From Cyanobacteria bacterium SIG27 (GTDB lineage: Bacteria > Cyanobacteriota > Vampirovibrionia > Gastranaerophilales > Gastranaerophilaceae): a stretch of 64,000 bases of DNA. Below the pieces are notes generated by a model. That model had not been told where the DNA came from. It saw only the letters and a list, made by a program, of their open reading frames with translations, and ran no database searches. Of this stretch, positions 56,972 through 64,000 are shown piece by piece (position 1 is the first letter of the stretch; each line of letters opens with the position of its first letter). Made by a program: the position numbers and the translations under genes. Location: NCBI GenBank assembly GCA_015152565.1, contig SUTT01000002.1, positions 18,788 through 82,787 on the forward strand. The letters run 5' to 3'.

Positions 56972-57694
56972 TCAATTAATAAATTCTTTAATTTCTTCAA
57001 TGGCGCTTTCTTGGCTATATCCGGCTAAATTTGGTTGAGAATTTCCCCAAAGAGCAAGGATTTGTTTAATATTTGGATAATTATCGCAAGTTTTTAAGTT
57101 ATTGTTATTATCATCAACAAAAATGGCTTCCTTGAAACCTTTTTGGTTCATGTATTCAGCCATAAAATCGCCTTTGGTTGGGTATTTATCTAATATTTCT
57201 CTTGCAAAAACATTATCAGGACTTAAATTAAACCCATAAGAATTAAACCGCTCAATTATTGAAGCCTTATTTTTCTTTGAAACTACAACGATTTTAGGCT
57301 CTTTTTCTTCGTATATTTTTTTAATTTCATAAAAGAAATTATATGGCGTTTCTAAATTTTTCCAAAATTCATAGTTATTTTTAACCAAATCCGCTCTAAT
57401 ACTTAAAAATTCAGCACAAAAAGCGTTTTCTGCTTCAATATCTCTATTTTGAATAGCAAATGAAAACTTATTAGCTATATCATCACAACCATCAAAAAGC
57501 AAAGGATTATAATAATAAAACATCCAAATATTATAAACAAGATATTTGAATTTAGAATAAAGCTGATAATTTTCCTTATCAACTTCATCAAACATACTAA
57601 TCCCACAATATAACTGACGGTTCACAAGATACACTTCTTTTAAAGTGTCAAACAAAACTCCGTCAAAATCTAAAAATAATACTTTGCTATTCAT
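56972..57694 (-). CDS. HAD-superfamily hydrolase
   Basis: 240 aa. Motif I is VLFLDFDGVLFDT (DxDG) and the late acidic motif is IFVDDNNNN. Confidence 0.7.
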   Translation of the reverse strand: MNSKVLFLDFDGVLFDTLKEVYLVNRQLYCGISMFDEVDKENYQLYSKFKYLVYNIWMFYYYNPLLFDGCDDIANKFSFAIQNRDIEAENAFCAEFLSIRADLVKNNYEFWKNLETPYNFFYEIKKIYEEKEPKIVVVSKKNKASIIERFNSYGFNLSPDNVFAREILDKYPTKGDFMAEYMNQKGFKEAIFVDDNNNNLKTCDNYPNIKQILALWGNSQPNLAGYSQESAIEEIKEFIN

Positions 57695-57714
57695 ATAACA
57701 AAGTTATCATGAAA

Positions 57715-57873
57715 TTAATAAAATATCATCTTTGGTTTAGGCTTAACTGTTTGCAATCGAATTTTTTCAGCTAGCGATTTTAAATTAAATCCATGGTAAT
57801 CTAGCAATAAATCGTTAATGTCTGGTGATAAATCTGGGTCAAATTTTCTAATAATTTCGTTTTTCTTTTCCAT
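57715..57873 (-). CDS. Possible small ORF (52 aa)
   Basis: Below the track cutoff. My translation is MEKKNEIIRKFDPDLSPDINDLLLDYHGFNLKSLAEKIRLQTVKPKPKMIFY*. Only a weak AGAAG RBS is present. It fills an otherwise empty 255-nt gap. Confidence 0.3.
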   Translation of the reverse strand: MEKKNEIIRKFDPDLSPDINDLLLDYHGFNLKSLAEKIRLQTVKPKPKMIFY

Positions 57874-57949
57874 AATATTCTTCTACCCTAATACGTTTCA
57901 ATAACTACGTAATTATATAAAGTATTTTTTCAAGGTAGAATTTCAAATT

Positions 57950-58789
57950 TTAAAAAAATTGTAACATTTTCGCAATAAAAGTAACAGAAACGAAAACAAA
58001 CACCCAAAAAGCGATTAACTTTAAAATTCTTTTTTGTTGTTTTTTATTTTGTTTTTTAGTTTTCTTTTTTAAGGGTTTAGAAGCTTGTTTTTTTGCGGTT
58101 TTAGATGGTTTTTTATCGTCGTTATTGATGTTTTGTTTTAGATTTTTCTTTGCTTCTTTTATTTTGGATTTTATTTTTTCTCGCTTTGGATTAATCTTTT
58201 TTTCTTTGTATTTTTTAGGATTAGAAACATAGCTTTCGTTTCTAATTCCTTCTTCGTTTTTATCAACCTTAAAATTAAATTCACCCTGTTTAGCATTTAA
58301 AAGTTCTTCTTTTTGTTCGTTTGCAAGTTGAATATATTTATCTACAAGTTTAATTTCTTGCTGCTTTTGTCCAGTAACCAATAAAGTTGTATCAAATTGA
58401 AGCTTTAAAATTTTATCGTCTTTTTTTCTTGAATATGCATAATTAATCGACGCTTCAAAGGCTCTTTGCACTGCTTCTAGGGCTTCACTTGGAGTAACAT
58501 CTTCTCCGTGAGCGCATTTATTTCCTTGTTTTTTAATAAAAAATAAATCATCGATAAATTCACGCTCTGACTCTGATTTAATTTTATCTTTCAGACAATT
58601 TAGAGTATCATCAAAAGTTAAATTTAAAGAAGTTGAACCTAAAACTCTTTTTGCCATTTTTTCTGCAAAAACTCTTAATTGCACAGCGCACTGGTTAAAA
58701 TATTCATCTCTATATAACTTTTGAGCATCCTCAATGGCGTTATATAGTTCCTTATCAATATCCTCTAAAAACTCAAAATTGTTTGCCAT
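57950..58789 (-). CDS. DUF4145-like domain protein with Lys-rich linker and C-terminal TM anchor
   Basis: 279 aa. NQCAVQLRVFAEKMAKRVLG...FIKKQGNKCAHGEDV resembles the R-x-x-G-N-x-A-x-H end of DUF4145. The K-rich tract runs about aa 190-255. The TM segment is LIAFWVFVFVSVTFIAKML. Confidence 0.5.
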   Translation of the reverse strand: MANNFEFLEDIDKELYNAIEDAQKLYRDEYFNQCAVQLRVFAEKMAKRVLGSTSLNLTFDDTLNCLKDKIKSESEREFIDDLFFIKKQGNKCAHGEDVTPSEALEAVQRAFEASINYAYSRKKDDKILKLQFDTTLLVTGQKQQEIKLVDKYIQLANEQKEELLNAKQGEFNFKVDKNEEGIRNESYVSNPKKYKEKKINPKREKIKSKIKEAKKNLKQNINNDDKKPSKTAKKQASKPLKKKTKKQNKKQQKRILKLIAFWVFVFVSVTFIAKMLQFF

Positions 58790-58796
58790 TTGGTTT

Positions 58797-60161
58797 TTAT
58801 AAATCCATTCCGCCTAAAAGCTCTTGCTTAATTCCTTGTTGAAGCTCTAAAACATCAGTTCCTAAGTTAGACAAAACTTGCATTGCAAGGCAATTTGGCA
58901 TTTTTGTAATACCGTATAAAATATTTTCGGATTTAATTTTGCTTCTTTTATGTTCTTTTGCTGTCTCATAAGCAACTTCAAGCATTTTTTTAGCTCTTGG
59001 ACTATAGGTTAAATTTTTAACTTCTTTTTGTGGTTTAATTAGCTTTTGAACTTCATATCTTGCATCTTTTAAAGTTATTCCAAGGCGCCTTAAAGTGTCT
59101 GCGGCAACGCCTGCTCCATAAGATAAAATGCCAAGTAAAATCATCTCAGAGCCCACTGTGGTACAGTTTAAGCTCCTTGCTTCTTCTTTAGCTAATCTTA
59201 AAATTGCAAGAGTTTCAGGAATTTTATCGTTCAATTTTTTCAAAACGATGTCTTCAAAATCTACAGCGTTTGTAATTGCTTGAGATAAAATTTGATAAGC
59301 TATGCCTTTTTTAGATTTTAAAATACCTAAAACAATATGTTCTGCTTGAATTCCGACGCTTCCTGATTCTTTTGCGTAATCAAGAGCTAACATCAAAGCT
59401 AAAAATGCATTAGGAGTGAAAATGATTTGTTTTTCAGAATTTTCAAACTCCGCATTTCTTGATTTAAATTGGCTTAATTTTTCATCAAGATTGTCTGAAT
59501 TAATATTAAAATCATTCAAAATTTCAACAATTTTATAGTCTTTATTATCCAAAATTGACTGCAAAAGCTGTTCGCTTCCAAGGATTTCATAACCTTGAGC
59601 GGATAATTTTGATTGTGCATTTGATAAAATTTCAGAAATTGTTTTTTCTTTGAAAAAATCATTAATATTTAACAGTTGAGTATTTTCATTTTCAATTTCA
59701 GGGTGAAGCGCATTGATATCAGCGCTTTTATCGAGCATTTTTTTTAAATTTGCGCTAATTTTTTCTTCATCGATATTAAACTTTTTAAAGATTTTATATG
59801 CTCCGCAATCTTTGTTTTGAAAAATTGCTAACGCAATATGCTGAGGCATAATAAACTTTGAATTTAATTCGTTTGATAATTCAACTGCGCTTTTTAAAAT
59901 ATCACGAGCTTCTGAAGAAAAGAAAATGTTATCGTTATTTTTTTGATTAGGATTAGATTCAACACTTGTGTGCACTTCAATTGATAATTCGCCAAAATTG
60001 ATTTTATCAAAATTCAAAATTTTAGCCTGAACGCCTTTGCTTCTAACCACAAGCCCCATTAAAAGGTGTTGCGATAAGATTTTATTATGACCAAATTCTT
60101 GAGCATAATTTTGTGCGCTTTGAACAACGTCTATTGCTTTTTGAGTGAATTTTTCAAACAT
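58797..60161 (-). CDS. Clp N-terminal (Clp_R repeat) domain protein without ATPase module
   Basis: 454 aa. The N-terminus MFEKFTQKAIDVVQSAQNYAQEFGHNKILSQHLLMGL is a typical ClpA/B/C N-domain start. Further copies occur (for example GSVGIQAEHIVLGIL and TVGSEMILLGIL). No Walker motifs are present. Confidence 0.7.
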   Translation of the reverse strand: MFEKFTQKAIDVVQSAQNYAQEFGHNKILSQHLLMGLVVRSKGVQAKILNFDKINFGELSIEVHTSVESNPNQKNNDNIFFSSEARDILKSAVELSNELNSKFIMPQHIALAIFQNKDCGAYKIFKKFNIDEEKISANLKKMLDKSADINALHPEIENENTQLLNINDFFKEKTISEILSNAQSKLSAQGYEILGSEQLLQSILDNKDYKIVEILNDFNINSDNLDEKLSQFKSRNAEFENSEKQIIFTPNAFLALMLALDYAKESGSVGIQAEHIVLGILKSKKGIAYQILSQAITNAVDFEDIVLKKLNDKIPETLAILRLAKEEARSLNCTTVGSEMILLGILSYGAGVAADTLRRLGITLKDARYEVQKLIKPQKEVKNLTYSPRAKKMLEVAYETAKEHKRSKIKSENILYGITKMPNCLAMQVLSNLGTDVLELQQGIKQELLGGMDL

Positions 60162-60186
60162 TTCTAATCCTAATTAACTTCTTCTA

Positions 60187-63412
<3,226 letters not shown>

Positions 63413-63423
<11 letters not shown>

Positions 63424-64000
63424 TTTTTACCTCGTTAATTCTATTAATATCTCTTTGAGCTATATTAATCCATTCATCAAATATTATTGCTCCGTCGTTA
63501 GACCCTGGAGCGCCCTCTGGGTCAAATTGAACAGCATAAACGCTTAAACTTGTAATTTCAAAACCCTCGATAGTGTTATCATTTAAGTTTTTGTATGTTG
63601 GGCGCATAAATTTTGTCATGTTGTCGCCATCAATTGCATAACCGTGGTTTTGTGATGTCATTATAACTTTATTATTTTCAAGATTTATAACAGGATAACT
63701 TCCGCCTCGATGTCCGTGGATTAATTTTGTAACAGAAGCACCTGAAGCAAGTGCTAAAAGTTCGCAACCAAGAGAAATACCAAAAATAGGAATTTTACCC
63801 ATCATTTGTCTAATTTGAGCAATTTGGAAAGTATAATTGTTTGGATTTCCTGGTCCGCTTGATAAAAACACTGCATCATAGTCATTTTCTAAGATTTCTT
63901 TTGCTTCAATGTTGGCTGGATAAACCGTTAATCTGCAATCTTTTTTAGCTAATTTTGTAAGGGTTGATTTTTTAGTACCATAATCAATAAAAGCAATGTT
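63413..64000 (-). CDS. carA: Carbamoyl-phosphate synthase small (glutaminase) subunit, 5' part outside the window
   Basis: The track ORF starts at an internal GTG (63871). The frame stays open to base 64000 and reads ...NIAFIDYGTKKSTLTKLAKKDCRLTVYPANIEAKEILENDYDAVFLSSGPGNP. The class I amidotransferase motifs IPIFGISLGCELLA and HGHRG are present. It overlaps carB by 11 nt. Confidence 0.9.

Overview
The window is an AT-rich, densely coding bacterial chromosomal segment with about 50 credible CDS. I recognised no rRNA, tRNA, CRISPR array, transposase or integrase.

**Housekeeping blocks**
- ribBA-ribE
- fliM-fliN plus a coupled CheY-like receiver
- coaD, era, a phosphohexomutase, rfbA and rsmG
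- a long minus-strand block holding polA, a small secreted protein, priA, an R-M-S fusion enzyme, a fused UvrD-type helicase and a PD-(D/E)XK nuclease
- an LD-carboxypeptidase and carAB (carA runs off the 3' edge)
- a GT-C-like membrane protein that runs off the 5' edge and is missing from the ORF track

**Lineage-specific genes of most interest**
1. An accessory stretch at about 18.2-28.1 kb contains:
   - an 835-aa HEXXH protein with nine 34-residue tandem repeats
   - a 1149-aa protein ending in a calpain-like Cys/His/Asn protease module
   - a coupled small ORF
   - a 303-aa protein with flagellar-axial-like termini behind a near-consensus sigma-28 promoter (TAAA-N16-GCCGATAA)
   - a solitary Cys-rich prepilin-type gene, bracketed by GTCATTCTGAG...CGAAGAATC palindromic repeats and preceded by a putative promoter whose spacer is entirely an (AT)8 tract
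2. A tightly coupled four-gene minus-strand operon (28.1-37.4 kb) encodes two paralogous polytopic membrane proteins, a GlgE-like GH13 enzyme and a 1330-aa GH13-like giant. A STAND-ATPase/TPR gene is transcribed divergently from it.
3. Five proteins in these regions share a short N-terminal [ILT]-[ST]-P motif, and three others share an N-terminal FKG/FCGG motif.
4. The ribE/fliM intergenic region holds a structured element with mutually exclusive pairings.

Three sub-60-aa ORFs absent from the track are proposed.

The taxon impression (a flagellated, very low-GC, host-associated lineage, possibly Melainabacteria-like) is only an inference. All family assignments rest on motifs read by eye. No database search was run.
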